Source of the DNA: Thecamonas trahens ATCC 50062
Taxonomy: Eukaryota; Protista; Apusomonadida
NCBI RefSeq assembly: GCF_000142905.1
Contig: NW_013657644.1
Span: 115,697 to 179,696 of the forward strand
Length of the DNA: 64,000 bases
Reading direction: 5' to 3'
The position numbers and the translations under genes were made by a program. Of the stretch, positions 20,411-33,378 are shown piece by piece. Each line of letters begins with the position of its first letter. Positions within the stretch are counted from its first letter, which is position 1. Below the pieces are notes generated by a model. That model made no database searches, was not told where the DNA came from, and was given only the letters and a program-made list of their open reading frames with translations.

Positions 20411-23088
20411 ATGCTGCGCTCGCGTGGTCCTGTCACAGCTGCTGCCTCCGGTCCGCCAGGCTCGGGTGCGTCTGGAGCGACTCTGTTCGACGGCTACGAG
20501 GCCGACTCACCGGCTGCCTCGCCGCGGCTGGGCATGACGACGGGTAGCAGTGGCGGAGGTGGCGGCGGCGGCAGCGGGCATGCCATGGCTCCTTCCCATT
20601 CTCCGCATGCCTTTGCTCCCGATGCGGACATTGGCCATGGATTCCCGAGCCAGCACTCGGCTCAGCCGAGCAACAGCCTCGCCGATCTCGGCCTCGGTGG
20701 CGATGATGTCGGTGTTGGTGCTGGTGCTGGTGCTGGCGATGACTATGGCAATGGCTATGGCAATGGCTATGGCGGTGGCTACGGCAAGGCCAATGGCTAC
20801 GGCGAAGACTACGGTGGCCACGGCATGGCGCCGTCGCCGCTGGCCCACTCGGCCTTTAGCGGAGGCCGGCGGCTGCGGTCGGCTGCCGGCGACGATGCGT
20901 TCATGCCGCTGGCGGTTCGGATCGGCCTCGGTGTGGCGGCAGCTGTAGAGGTGCTGGCTCTGCTCGGCTGCCCGTGGGACGTGTTCTTCTACGTCACGGT
21001 GGCGCTGGCGGCAACGGCCGGCGGACTTTTGTTTGTGCTCCTCCTCACCCGCGACATTCTCTCCAAATCACGCGGCTCTGCGGCCATGCAGGTCATTGCC
21101 GACGCCATCCAGGAGGGTGCCGAGGGCTTTCTCACCACGCAGTATCGTGCTATTGCCAAGATGGCGGTGGTGACTGCAGTCGTGCTTGTGGCCATCTACG
21201 CGCTGCGGTCCAAGCCGGTGCTGGACCCGCGCGAGGCGCGGCCGACGTCGATGGCGTCGCTGGAGGTCTCTACCGCCGGCCTCGCCTTTGTGACTGCATT
21301 CTCGTTTGTGGTCGGTGCGGCGTGCTCTGCGCTGGCGGGCTACATCGGAGTCTGGGTCTCGGTCCGGGCGAACCTACGGGTGGCGTCTGCTGCCGGCGAC
21401 ATGGACTTTAGCTCGGCGCTGCTGCTCTCGTTCCGCGGCGGCGCTGTGTCGGCCATGCTCTCTGCCGCGTTGTGCGTCCTCGGCCTCACCACTCTCTTTG
21501 TGGCCTACTTTGTGTTCTTTGGCATGACCGCCGGAATCAACGTGGCGCAAGTCCCGTTCCTGCTCGTCGGCTACGGCTTTGGTGCCTCGTTTGTGGCGCT
21601 CTTCATGCAGCTCGGCGGCGGGATCTACACCAAGGCCGCCGACGTCGGTGCCGACCTGGTGGGCAAGGTCGAGTCGGGTATTCCCGAGGATGACCCGCGG
21701 AACCCTGCCGTGATTGCGGATCTTGTCGGTGACAACGTCGGTGACTGTGCAGGCGCCATGGCGGACGTTTTTGAGTCGATTGCGGCCGAAGTCATCGGAA
21801 CAATGCTCCTCGGCGGTGTGCTTGCCGACGACGGCGGGCTTGCCGACTCGGCGCCGTTTATTTTCTTTGCACTGGTCATCCACGCCTTTGACATGGTGGT
21901 CTCGGGCGTGGGTGTTTACATGGTGCGCGCGTCGCGCGACGCCAACGCGTCGCCGCTGGCGGCGCTCAAGCGTGGCTACATGATCACGACACCGCTGGCG
22001 CTTGTTGGCTACGTCCTCGTCACGCGGCTGATGCTGTACACGCCGCAGGCGCCGAGCGCCTGGATGCACTTTGCCGGATGCGGCGTCATTGGCATCGCTA
22101 TGGCCAACGCGCTCATCCTCACCACCCAGTACTATACTGACTATGGGTACGGGCCTGTGCGGTCGATCGCGGCAGCGTCGACAACCGGCCACGGAACCAA
22201 CGTCATTGCCGGCATCGCCGTCGGCTTTGAATCGACGGGCTTGCCGACGGTGGTCATCTCGCTCTCGCTGCTGACGTGCTACGTTCTCGGGCACACCTCG
22301 GGCATCGACTCGCGCAACGCCGGCCTGTTTGGTACGGCGTGCGGGACGATGGGCATGCTCTGCACCGCCGTCTACGTCCTCGCCATGAACAACATGGGCG
22401 CGATCTCTGACAATGCCGGTGGCATTGTGGAGATGTCCAACGCGCCGGCGGAGATCCGCGCCATCACCGACTCGCTCGACGCCGTTGGCAACGTGACCAA
22501 GGCGGCGACCAAGGGCTACGCCGTCGGCGGCTCGGCCCTCGCCACCTTTGTCCTCTTCCGCGCCTTTCTCGACGAGGTCGGCGAGTACCGCGGCGTGCCG
22601 TTTGAGACGGTCAACATTGCATCGGTCGAGGTGCTCGTTGGCGGCCTGCTCGGCATCATGACTGTCTTTGTATTCTCGGCGTGGGCCATCAAGGCCGTCG
22701 GCGACACCGCGCAGGAGGTCATCATCGAGGTCCGCCGCCAGTTCAAGGCCGACCCGGGCATCATGGCCGGGACGAGCAAGCCTGACTACGGCGGATGCGT
22801 GGCAATTGTTACCCAGGCGGCGCTGGTCTCCATGCGAAAGCCTGCCCTATTTGCCCTTGGCATGCCTGTTGCCGTCGCGCTCTTCTTCCGCACCTTTGCC
22901 GCCATCACCGGCTTCCCCAACCTCGCCGCCGAGGTCCTCGCCTCCTTCCTTGTCTTTTCCGCCCTCGCCGGCCTCCTCACCGCCACTTTCTTCGACAACG
23001 CTGGCGGTGCGTGGGACAACGCCAAGAAGTGGATTGAGGCCGGTGCCCACGGCGGGTCGGGCTCGGACGCCCACGCCGCCGCCGTTAC

Positions 23089-23122
<34 letters not shown>

Positions 23123-23200
23123 GCCGGTCCGGCCCTGCATGTCATCATCACCACCACGTCAACGCTTGCCCTGGTCCTCGGCCCCCTCATCCTCCAGTGA
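20411..23200 (+). CDS. Membrane H+-translocating pyrophosphatase, K+-independent (AVP2/type II-like)
   Basis: GGIYTKAADVGADLVGKVE, IPEDDPRNPAVIADLVGDNVGD, GNVTKA (Lys determinant of K+-independence), DTVGDPFKDTAGP. Confidence 0.95.
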
Positions 23201-23402
23201 ACGCCTCCCCCGCCTCGACAGAAGTCTTTACATGAGCACGACCGCAGCGGCAGCGCGCTGCCCTCGAAGACACACACGAGCGATGAGGTCCAAGACGCCC
23301 GGCTTTAGCCAACAGCAAGAAAACAAGGCGAGATTCAACAGGGCACGCCATCCTGGCCAGACAGACGAGCCGGCTTGGTGCGGGGAGGGGAGGGGTCGGC
23401 GG

Positions 23403-24056
23403 TTAGACCTCGTCCTGCTCCTTGGCGAGGACGTCGTCGAAGGAGGGATGCGGCGGGGTATCGAGCGGGATGCGCCGCGAGGGCGGGAACGGAGTAGTGT
23501 CTACGATCTTTGCCGCAACCTGCAGATCTTCCGGGAGGGCAGCAATAGCAGCGTGCTTCAGCGCCAGCCGCGTCCGATCCAGCTCCTTACCCGCCCGGGT
23601 GGTGACGAGCAGATGCCGGGCGTACGCGTCGACCACCATCTGCTCCTCTGCCGCCTGCTCCTTGCTCACACTCCGCCTCGGAATGGACTGTGGCTTGACC
23701 AGACTAATCTACATCCCACATGCCCCATGTATCCGTGAGTCGATGTCGTTCTTCTCTATGGTAGGGGGGGGAGGGAGGGAGGAGGAGGAGGAGCGGCCGG
23801 TCCCTCTCCCCGCCGGGCGCCATCCCCCCTCCACCGCAAGGGAGGCCAGGGAAGACGGGCTGCGGGGGAAGGTACAGCGGTGGTGACGTACCAGCTTTGC
23901 GACGTCGTTCTTGGGAAGATCGCCACCAGTAGCCTCAGCGGCCATGGCCTTCTTGCTCGCCTTGGTCACCTTCTTTGCGCCCTTGGCCATGCCCCGGCTC
24001 GGGACGATGACCAGGACTCGCACTCGGTTGGCAGCCGCTGCCCGAAACGACAGCAT
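23403..24056 (-). CDS. MRPL40: Mitochondrial ribosomal protein mL40-like; exons 24056-23892 and 23708-23403
   Basis: Basic transit-like N-terminus. Intron 23891-23709 (GTACGT...GACTCAC...TAG). AIAALPEDLQVAA..DTTPFP..R....TPP motif of the mL40 family. Confidence 0.65.
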
Positions 24057-24244
24057 TTGGCGAAGAGAGAAAGTGAGTGAGGTGTCTCGTCACCTGGCTG
24101 GCCGTCGACCGATGGACAGACAGCCGTCGCAACGTAGCCTATGACTCTTCCGTCTTCGTGATGCCAAGACATAGAGTGCCCATTGGCGAGGTACTGCCTA
24201 CCCAGGAGAGGGCAAAAGGTAAGTGAGTTTATCGCTGTCGCCGT

Positions 24245-27200
24245 TCACGACGAGTCGCACGACGACGAAGATGACGACGGGACATCTTGCGGTGGCGGTC
24301 CCGGGGGCCTCGGCGGAACCAGAGGCATCTCAGGCGGCGGCGGCATCGACGGCGGCATCGGCGGCGGCTGGGAAATCGAGGTCAGCGGCGAGACGCTCGT
24401 GTCGACCGAGTCAAAGCAGCACGATGAGAGCGAGTTGCAGGCAGAGGTCGGCGCCATCGTGCTCGCTGGCATGGCCAGAAACTGCGCTGTGCTCCCGTCT
24501 ATCAGGCTCGACTTGGCCTCGTCATCGTCGACGACAGAGTCAAGACCGCGGTACGGCGTCAAGCCAAAGTCCACATTCGTCGAGCCGAACGAAGGATTGG
24601 TTGAGCCAAAGACTGGGTTCATCATCGACCCATATTCTCACTCTCCAGCACGCCGCTGTCAAAGTCTACGGCTGCATGATGCCCGACTGTCATCATCTCG
24701 ACCCCGGACTCCATGCCGGCGCCTTCGAACTCGATGTTCTCAAACACCAATTCAGCATCCTCTTGGTCGCGCTGCTTGATCCGCCACAGCTCGTAGACCA
24801 CTCCGACGCACACAATTGCCAGCAGTGCCACCAGTGCTGCGATCACAACTCCGTCGCGCAGAACCCGCGACGACGTGATGGTCCCGCCCCACAGCAGCAC
24901 CACAGACCCGAAGAGCGTTGAAAAATCCATCATGTTGTGGTGTCGCTCAGCGTATGGATAGTGCCGTCCAAGCAGCGAGTATGCCAGCACGCACTGCAGC
25001 ATCAGTGCGACCATCGTCGCCTTGACTGTTGGCGACGAGAATGCGCACACAGAGACCACAACCCCGAGCTTGCGCCCGAGAATCACGAGCTCGTACCAGA
25101 ACAGGTCGCTCCGATACTTGGCCACAAGGAACGCGTACTTGGACGCAAACGTCACCTCATCCAACGCCGCCTGCTTGCGCTTCAGGAACATGCCCAGCAG
25201 CACAGGAATGGCCGTTCCCACAATCAGCGCCACAGTCAGAATCAGTGGCAGCAGCGTGTACCATGACGATGTGTAGCACCGCCGTTGCGGGTTGGTCGTC
25301 ATCACCACGATCCCGCCGCCCACGTCGGTGCAGTCCACATACCGCAGTGCCGCGTACATCAGCGGCAGATACAGCAGCAGGATCGTCTGCAGGTACCCAC
25401 GCCCAGCCGCGTACACCACCGCCCACTCGAGGGAGCACAGCGAGCGCTTGTTGCCGTACACGCTGTCGGCATCGCGCGAGGCCCGCCACCTCCGCATCAC
25501 GTTCCGCAGTCCGATGTACCCGAGGGTGACCACGGCAAACGGAAACAGAAACAGGATCGGCAGCGCCATCGTCATGCCCCACTTGAACATCCACACGTCG
25601 CCGACGTCCACTCCGCACTCGGGTGACGCCAGGTCGAGGTTGAGGTTCACCAGCGAGACAACGTCAAACACCCCGCGCACCAGCGGGTGCCACTCCAGCC
25701 GGATCGTCCCGTAGATCGCCACAGCCTGCAGCGTGTTGAGCGCAATGACAAACGCCGCATACCCGTACACCTTGGAGTTGCGCATGTTGATCCACACCAC
25801 GGCCGCCACAAATCCAAACACTGCCAGCACCAGGCACACAATGATCAGCGCGTTCGATCCCTTGCACTTGCGGCATCCGTCGCCAAACTGGTACCAGCCC
25901 TTGGTGCACTCGGCGCACAGCCGCCCGCGGTAGCCCTCGGTACAGACTCCGTTGCCGGCACACGACGCCGGACGCGGACATGCCACAAACGAGCTGCCGT
26001 CGTCCGAGAGCTCAAAGCCGGGGCCCGGCCGTGGCGGCTCGTGGCCGCCGGCGCAAACCGCACCAAACGGACACGGAACACAGCCCTGGCCCTCGACCTG
26101 GCCGTTCGGTCCGAACCAGTATGTGGTGAGGCAGGTGCAGTTGATCCACGATGCCGATCCCTCGGGCGCGCGCATAAACTCGGGACACGCCGTGCAGAAT
26201 GCAGCGTTGCGCGTCTCCGAGTAGGTGCCGACCCCGCACGGGACACATGCCCCAGTAGTGCCGGATCCGACACTTCGCGTTCCGGGAAGACACGTCGTTG
26301 AGACCTGCGCCACATACGGCGAGCCGAGAATGTCCTCGCCGCCGACCTGGATCCGCAGCGTGTACGTTCCACCCTCGGCCACAAGCACGCTGAACGAGAG
26401 CTTGGAGCCGGCAAGGCTAAACGATGTCACCGGCGTCGTCTTGACGCCGAGCCGCATCGCAATCGACACAGCTGACGCCAGCGGCGGTGTTGTCACCTCG
26501 TTGTCGTACGCATCGCGGAGCGTGACACTGTATGTCACCACCGTCGCCGTCTCGAGTGAGAGCGTGCCCGTATCAGGCAGATCGTCGAGAGTTGACGCTG
26601 CTGCCGACGCTGGGCCGGGCACGACCTCGGCGTCGACGGCAGTAGTTCCGAGCACAAAGTCGACGTTGTTGACAGCGAGCTGGAGCGTGTACGTAAAGCC
26701 CGCAACCGTCGGCGGCCGCATCGTCACATCGTATATACCGTTGGTAGTGTAGGTGGAGACCGTGACCAAGTTGTCGAGCGAGGCAAGCTCGGCCGGCGCC
26801 GAGACGTACGCCTGCGGCACGTCAAGCCCAGTCTCGACCGGCTGGACCAGGGAGTCGCGAATGGTCATCTGGAATGGGCCGATGGTGTCACCGGCAACCA
26901 CGGTGTATTGCGGGACGAGGCCAGTGACAAACGAGTTGGTGATGTTGAACGCCGAGCAGAACGGCGGTGTGGCGCCGGTCCACATCGATCCCAAGTCGGG
27001 CGTCCACGTGCACGTCCGCGCCGTCGAGCCGAGGAGGGTGAAGCCGTCATCACAAGCAAACGAGCACGTCTCGTCAAACGCACCGGGCGTGATCGCGTTC
27101 GACGCCCCGGTACAGGTCGTGGTCCCGTCAAGCAGCACCGGGAGCGGCGGGCACGAGACCTCGGCGCAGGTGGGCGGCGGCTGGCTTGTTCCGTTCCAGC

Positions 27201-27558
27201 CTCCGCCCATGCACGTCCGCTCCTGGAAGCCGAGGACAAAGTCAAAGCCCACATCACAGGTGTAGGAGGCGACTGAGCCGAGATAGCCAAAGTTGGAGAA
27301 GGAGACGGTACCGTTGGCCGGGTCCGAGAGCAAGTTGCAGGCGTACGGCGGCGGCGGCGATGGCGGCGGCGGCGACGGAGGCGGAGGAGGCGGCGGCGAC
27401 GGCGGCGGCGGCGGCGATGGCGGCGGCGGAGGGGGTGAGGGAGGAGGAGGAGGAGAAGGAGGAGGAGGAGAAGGTGGTGGTGGAGAAGGTGGTGGAGGAG
27501 GCGAAGGAGGAGGAGGGGAAGGCGGCGGCGGCGGCGAGGGCGGCGGCGGCGGCGGCGA
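24245..27558 (-). CDS. Large cell-surface multi-TM protein: SPPPP stalk, two sushi/CCP domains, filamin/Ig-like repeats, Cys-rich repeats and a ~7-TM region. 5' end lies in or beyond the gap; frame break at about 24630.
   Basis: Motifs seen in the translation. The tail continues as ...MGSMMNPVFG...PPPMPP in ORF 24245-24625 if one G is added to GGG at 24629-24631. Confidence 0.75.
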
Positions 27559-27658
27559 NNNNNNNNNNNNNNNNNNNNNNNNNNNNNNNNNNNNNNNNNN
27601 NNNNNNNNNNNNNNNNNNNNNNNNNNNNNNNNNNNNNNNNNNNNNNNNNNNNNNNNNN
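27559..27658. other. Assembly gap (100 N) within Pro-rich repeat
   Basis: Run of N flanked by GGC/GGA repeats. Confidence 0.99.
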
Positions 27659-28346
27659 GGGGGGGGTGGGGGGGAGGACAACAATGAGTGGAGTGACCAT
27701 ATTACCACGAGCATTCAACGTTTGCTTTTTTCCGGCCAGCCGAACGCGACGGCAGCCTTTTTCGACCACTTGATGGAGAGAGACCACGGACGGCTGTTTA
27801 CGCTTGCGGGTGTAAAGGCTGTGGGTAGGGGCATACGTTGCTGTCTATCCAGCCGAGTCATCTGCACAGCATCTGCGGCTCCTGCGACAGTGTCATCCAT
27901 CGTCATCTGCTACCGCAGCCAGCGAAACCACGCACAGAATCCGGTCTACACTCAATGCATCTTCGGAGATATCCCTTCCAACCGGATCGGCACAATAGTC
28001 CTACGCCCCCATGCACGACATCACTACATGGCGCTGTGCTGGCCAAGCGTCCTCGATCCACTGCCAGCAGCCGGTCCGCCGACGACACTTTTTTCCAATC
28101 CGCTCGTGCTTGAGACACATCCGGAGTAGCGTGACCTGAGCCGTGACCTGAGCCCGCGGTCCACCATCGCGCCCAACGTCGCCAGCACCCAGCGCATCAG
28201 TCCAACCAAGCCTTGCTACAACATCCCCCCACCCCCCCAACCCTATCACCATGCTCTTGTGACCATAGAAGATTACATTTTCCGTGCGGCAGCTGCGAAA
28301 GGCTTTGGCGCACGCTTGACGTGTCGGCTGCCGGCGACGGCCCCCG

Positions 28347-31012
28347 ATGCAGGCTTGCAAAGCAACTCAGTCACCTCTCCTCCCTCCCGTCCCGAATTCT
28401 CACACAGGAAGCGACTTTGGAAAGTGGAGTGTCGGACAAGCCCTCGTTCTCAGCAATATACAGGCCATGCCTCGGCCACCAGTTCCGCCAAAGTCACCGT
28501 CAGTCGCTGTGTACGTGGCGGTGGGGCTGCCTGGTGCCCGTGCTGCCGTTTCCGCTGTGGAACCAAGGAGTGTGACGAGTGCGGCACGTCGACCGGGTCG
28601 GGCCGGGCAACGAGGTAGTAGACAAGGCAGTCGTGTACTCTCTCCTCCTGCAGGCTCTATACCGTCACCACGTCGAGCTTCGCGCCGCCCGCAACCGAGC
28701 TGGCCGCGCTCCGCAGGCTCAACTCCAGCGGCGGCGTCGCCTCGCTCCACCGGGGCGCGATGGACTCCTCCGTCGTCGAGCTTGACGCCGCCTCCGCGCG
28801 CCCGCCGGCCTGTCCGGGCAAACACGGTTGCACTCTCGCGCCCGCCATCGGGTGAGAGCATGTCGTCGCCGGAGGTCTCGCCAGACCCGTCGCCGCTCTC
28901 CACCCCCGGTGATCACTCGCCGGTTCGTGACCTGCCGCAGTCGGCCGCACTGCCGCTCCCGCACCCGCTCGCTATCATTGACGACTCGTGCACGACTCGT
29001 CCGTCCCGTCCGCGTCGTCCAAACTTCCGAACCAAGCCGCGATGTCCGCCACAGCCGCTGCCCAAGCCTGATGCTGAACTTGTGCGCCGCGCGCTATCGC
29101 GGCCGCCTAGGCGGCCGTCGGTCCGCCCGTCGACTCGGCCCAAGCCAGCTCCGGCCTCAAACCCCGTGGCGCGCCGGGTGGCATCGGCTGTCCGCGCCTT
29201 TGAGGACCCGATTGCCTCGGATGCGTTCATCCCGCGCGGGTACGCGGCGACGCCGTCGTCCGGATCGCCGGCGAGCCGGGCCAAGCTCAGCGTACCACAG
29301 CCCGCGGTCAAGCCCGGACGGCGCGCACCACGCCGTCGCCCGCTGTCGTCGACGGCGCTGCCAGCATTGGTTCTTCCGCCGCGTGGAACACGGCTTGTGG
29401 TCCCGTTCAAGCTGGACGTGGTTGACTACCTGGCCACGCTCCGACTCGACGTTGTCATCACTATCCAGCATGTCGAGTCGGTCGATTCCCTGGGGGCTTC
29501 CGATCTCGAGCCGTGGACGTTTGACAGCGATGCTCCTGGCTCCGAGGCCAGTGCAGCGAGTCCGGCCCAGCTCTACTCTGCGCTTTTTGCCTCGCAGCCG
29601 CGCGACGAGTATTGGCGCTACTTTTTAGCTGTCTATCGCGTGTTTATGGAGCCGATCGAGCTCCTGCATCGGCTCTTCCTCTCCATGCATCCAAGCAATA
29701 CTCTAGTCTCGTTGGCGCATGCGCGCATGGCACTTGACTTTCTTGTTTTCTGGGTGTCGCACCAGTACGCTGACTTCCTCGCTGCGTCGCGCCTGCTCCT
29801 GGCGCCGCTGCGCGCGTTTAAGGATGCTGTTCTTGCGCCTTCTGAGCTGGATGTGGCCTTGCTCGAGGCGTCGCTGCAGGCTGCGGCGCACGCGGCGGCC
29901 GACGCCGAGCAGCGCGAGGCCGACGTCGTCACCGCTGCCGCCAAGTTGGAGGTCGACATGCTCGACGCGGAAGGCCACGGCCTCGCCACGCCGAGGGCGC
30001 GCTCGCCGGATCCGCACTCGCAGCGGCCGACCGTGCCGGTGCGGTCGAACACGAGCCCAACCGACACGCTTGCTGCTGCCCTTGAGATGGCGCGGATGGG
30101 TGAGGAAGCCGACGCTGCCGCGACGCCTCGCAAGTCGCGGTTCGGCACGCTGAAGCGCAAAAAGAAGAAGCGCGAGGCGGCTGAGGCGGCGGCAGCTGCT
30201 GCAGCAGCAGGCTCGGACTCCTCGCCGCAGAACGAGGGTGGTGCCCTTGATGCGATAGCGCAACCGCGTCAGCGGCTGGATCCGCGGTCTCTCTTTGACG
30301 TGGAGACCGGCGATGCAGCCGCGTTTGCGCAGCAGGTCACACTTGCCGACTTTGTGGTTTTTCGTCGATCCAGACCAGCGAGCTGCTCGGCCTCGCGTGG
30401 TCCAAGCCCGGCAAGGAAGATGCTGCGCCGCATGTGCTTCAGCTCATCCGCTCGTTCAACACCCTCTCTGGGTGGGTCGCGTCGGTTGTTGTCCGCGAGA
30501 GCAAGGTCAAGGTCCGCGGCGAGCTCATCGGGCGGTTCATCGACCTGGCGTACGAGTTTACCGTCGCCAACAACATGAATGGTATGATGGCGGTCATGGC
30601 CGGGCTCTCATCGTCGCAAGTCCATCGGTTGCGCAAGTCGTGGCAGCGGGTCGATGACTCACGCTGGGCAGTGTACGAGTCGCTCAAGGCGCTCATCGCG
30701 CCGGCCAAGAATTTCCGCATCATGCGGAGCAAGCTTGCCACCGCCGCCATCCCCTGCCTTCCCTATCTCGGCATGTTCCTCACCGACCTAACCTTTGCCT
30801 ATGATGCCGTCCGCCAGTCGGTCGACGGCAAGTACTACTTTGCCGACTTTGTGCCCATCGCCAAGATCCTCCTCGCCATCCAGCGCCATCAAGACGGCTG
30901 GTTCTCCTGGCAACCGCTCCCTAAGCTCCGCCTTTTTATCGACAAGTACATGGAGGTCCTTCCGGATGAGGATGCGTATGCTCTCTCACTCGCCCACGAG
31001 CCACGCAAGTGA
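28347..31012 (+). CDS. CDC25-type RasGEF (REM + catalytic domain), with a 1-nt frame break at 30358-30362; start uncertain
   Basis: REM-like FLAVYRVFMEPIELLHRL. FAQQVTLADFVVF|SSIQTSELLGLAWSK...FNTLSGWV...NNMNGMMAVMAGLSSSQVHRLRKSW...PCLPYLGMFLTDL. Confidence 0.88.
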
Positions 31013-31248
31013 CCGCAGAAACATCAGCAGTAATACGATGAGGCGCTCTCAGCCTGTGCATGACGCAGCCGTCGCCTATGCATCACCAGTCGCCAGCGAG
31101 AGCCAGAGGACCGGACTTTGAGCCGCCAACCGACTGGCATTGCCAACCCACACGCACACCCTCCCTCCCTCCCGCCCTCCCACCCCACCACCACCACCGC
31201 CACAGACTGATCACCTGCACACCCACTACCACCTCACCCATCCATACC

Positions 31249-32123
31249 ATGGTGGTCGAAGGCGACCATGTGACGGTGGCCTCCCACCAGTGGGTGGAGG
31301 AGCTGGCGGCTGCGTCAGAAGAGCTGGTGGCGAGCCTCGCTGCAGCCGCAGCCGGTGGCGGTACTGGTGCTAAAGCCGGAGCCGGAGCCGGAACCTCGGG
31401 AACTAGCGGAGGATTCGTCGGAACACATGGTGGAGGCAGAGGAGGGCGAGATGGGACAAGCCGTAGACAGGCAGAAAGGAACACAGGACGCATTCCGCCG
31501 GGCTTGCTTGTGGCGCCAGCCGAGGTGGTGGAAGAGCTTGCTGAGAGCGACGCACCTCACGGCAGGGCCGGGCTATTCGCCACATCCCGCCGCAGGACTG
31601 CTTCCTCCCGCTGCTCGTTCCGCGGAAACGCAAGTCACGACGGGATCTGCGGGCTAGTCGGCACGCGCAGCGACTGGTGGCCATCCACGAGAAGAGGATG
31701 GTCGAGCTGGAGCGCGATCTGGAGGTGGCGGAGATGCGCCGCAAGCTCAAGGCCGCCCATCGGGCGCCACCACTCGATAGATACCACCGTTACAAGGCTG
31801 CCGCACTAGAGCTAGAGCCGCTAGCTGACTTTCTTTCCGAGGACAAGTATGCTACCCTCCGCAAGCGCTACATCATCATGGCGGCGCGGACGCAGTCGAC
31901 CCATGATGGCGCGCTGATGCACAACATCACTCGGCGGATTACACTCGGCCGCACAAAACGTGCCCCGCGGTCCGCGAACGCTACAGCGCGCGTTCCGCGT
32001 CCGCCACCAGCCACGGCCCCGGTCGCCTTTCGCCCGGCGCCGCCGCCAGGCCCGCCCCCGCACCCATCGGCGTCGCAGCCGAGCTGGCGCGCTCGTAGGC
32101 TGCGCGCTCGGACCGGGGCGTGA
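31249..32123 (+). CDS. Hypothetical protein, with a frame break at about 31545
   Basis: The ORF from ATG 31249 continues plausibly in the -1 frame (…RAIRHIPPQDCFLPLLVPRK…VAIHEKRMVELERDL) to the stop at 32123. Confidence 0.5.
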
Positions 32124-32136
32124 GAAAGTGCAAGCG

Positions 32137-33153
32137 TCAGCCAAACTGGAGCTCGATCCGTTCCGTGTAGTTGTAGCGGGGGATAATCAAGTCCATCCGC
32201 TGCAGGCCCGGCGTCCATTCAGCTGATGTCGGCGCCCTCGCCCGCCACGGCTCCAGGACCACTAGCGGGAGCAGGACCGCAGGTGCCTTGCTCCTCAGCT
32301 CGACGATGGTCTCCAGCCCGCCGGTCGCCGTCAGCGCCAGCGTCCGTGCCGGCGGCGGCGCCTCGTCGCTGTCCCACACCAGCACAACGCGAACTTCGAC
32401 CGGCGCAAGCTGCGGACCGAGTAGGCTGACTCGCGCGCACGGGCTTGTAGGCGAGAGCCGCAGCACCCGCCGCCCGTTGCTACCCATCGCCAGCGTGCAG
32501 CCGCCGGCGCCGGTTAGTGTCACCGCCGCCGACGCCACTGACCTCATGACGTAGTTCAGTGTGTGCGCCAAGACCGCATCACCAGGCTCAGCGCCTGCCG
32601 CGTCGAGCGCGAAGACGTGGACCTTGATCTCGAAGCAGCCCGGGATAAACAGCGTCGCCGCCAACGCTAGCGCGTCGGGTGCGGCTGCAGTGACCGAGTA
32701 GCGCGTGCCGTCGATTCGTGCCGCCACATCTCCTGGAATCCAGCCATCGAGCCCAGTCTCGTCTTCTTCGCTCCGGAAGACCTGGACGTGGGTTGTGTAC
32801 GGATGCGGGGCGTGTGCGGGATGGATCGAGCCGCCGGCCGGCGCCACCTCGAACTGCTCGCGGACTGGGCATCCGCACGGAGTCGGCGCCAGATGGATCC
32901 ACGACTCGCGTGGGCCATTTTCCACCATCTCATCGCTTCCATCGGTCTCAATTCCACCTACACATTCCTCCACACTCCGTGGACTGGTGGCAGTGATGGG
33001 ATGGCCGGGCGATGGCGGCGGTGATGATGGCTCACCCAGCCGAGGTGACATCGCCCCAGCTGGAGCATCGGCAGCCGACTTGACGCACGGTGAGTTGGCC
33101 ACTCCGTACAGCTGCATGGCAGGAGGATTGGCTACTCCGTACAGAATAGGCAT
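32137..33153 (-). CDS. Hypothetical protein (beta-rich C-terminal region)
   Basis: 338-aa ORF with coding-like codon usage. N-terminal LYGVAN is duplicated. No family recognised. Confidence 0.55.
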   Translation of the reverse strand: MPILYGVANPPAMQLYGVANSPCVKSAADAPAGAMSPRLGEPSSPPPSPGHPITATSPRSVEECVGGIETDGSDEMVENGPRESWIHLAPTPCGCPVREQFEVAPAGGSIHPAHAPHPYTTHVQVFRSEEDETGLDGWIPGDVAARIDGTRYSVTAAAPDALALAATLFIPGCFEIKVHVFALDAAGAEPGDAVLAHTLNYVMRSVASAAVTLTGAGGCTLAMGSNGRRVLRLSPTSPCARVSLLGPQLAPVEVRVVLVWDSDEAPPPARTLALTATGGLETIVELRSKAPAVLLPLVVLEPWRARAPTSAEWTPGLQRMDLIIPRYNYTERIELQFG

Positions 33154-33378
33154 GTTGCCGCTGTAAAGGTGGTAAAGAGATATGTCTCTGTCGCCCAGCT
33201 GCAGTCACAGTCCACACACCACAGTTGCCGCGCTCTGCTTGAGCCAATGTGTGACGACGGACATCAGCCAATGGCCGCCGCTCAGAAGAAGAAATTGCTA
33301 GTGCCACCTTACAGACATTGGCCATTGGCTGTTGCTCCACCACTCTGCCAAACACGGACATGGCTTGATGATCGCCAT

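Noticed and set aside
27659-28340. 5' exons of the large membrane protein beyond the gap
   Set aside because: Only short ORFs with no convincing signal peptide or splice signals. It cannot be resolved across the N gap.
30336-30373. 38-nt GT-AG intron in RasGEF
   Set aside because: The donor GTCACA does not fit the local GTAYG consensus, and removal deletes a conserved RasGEF motif.
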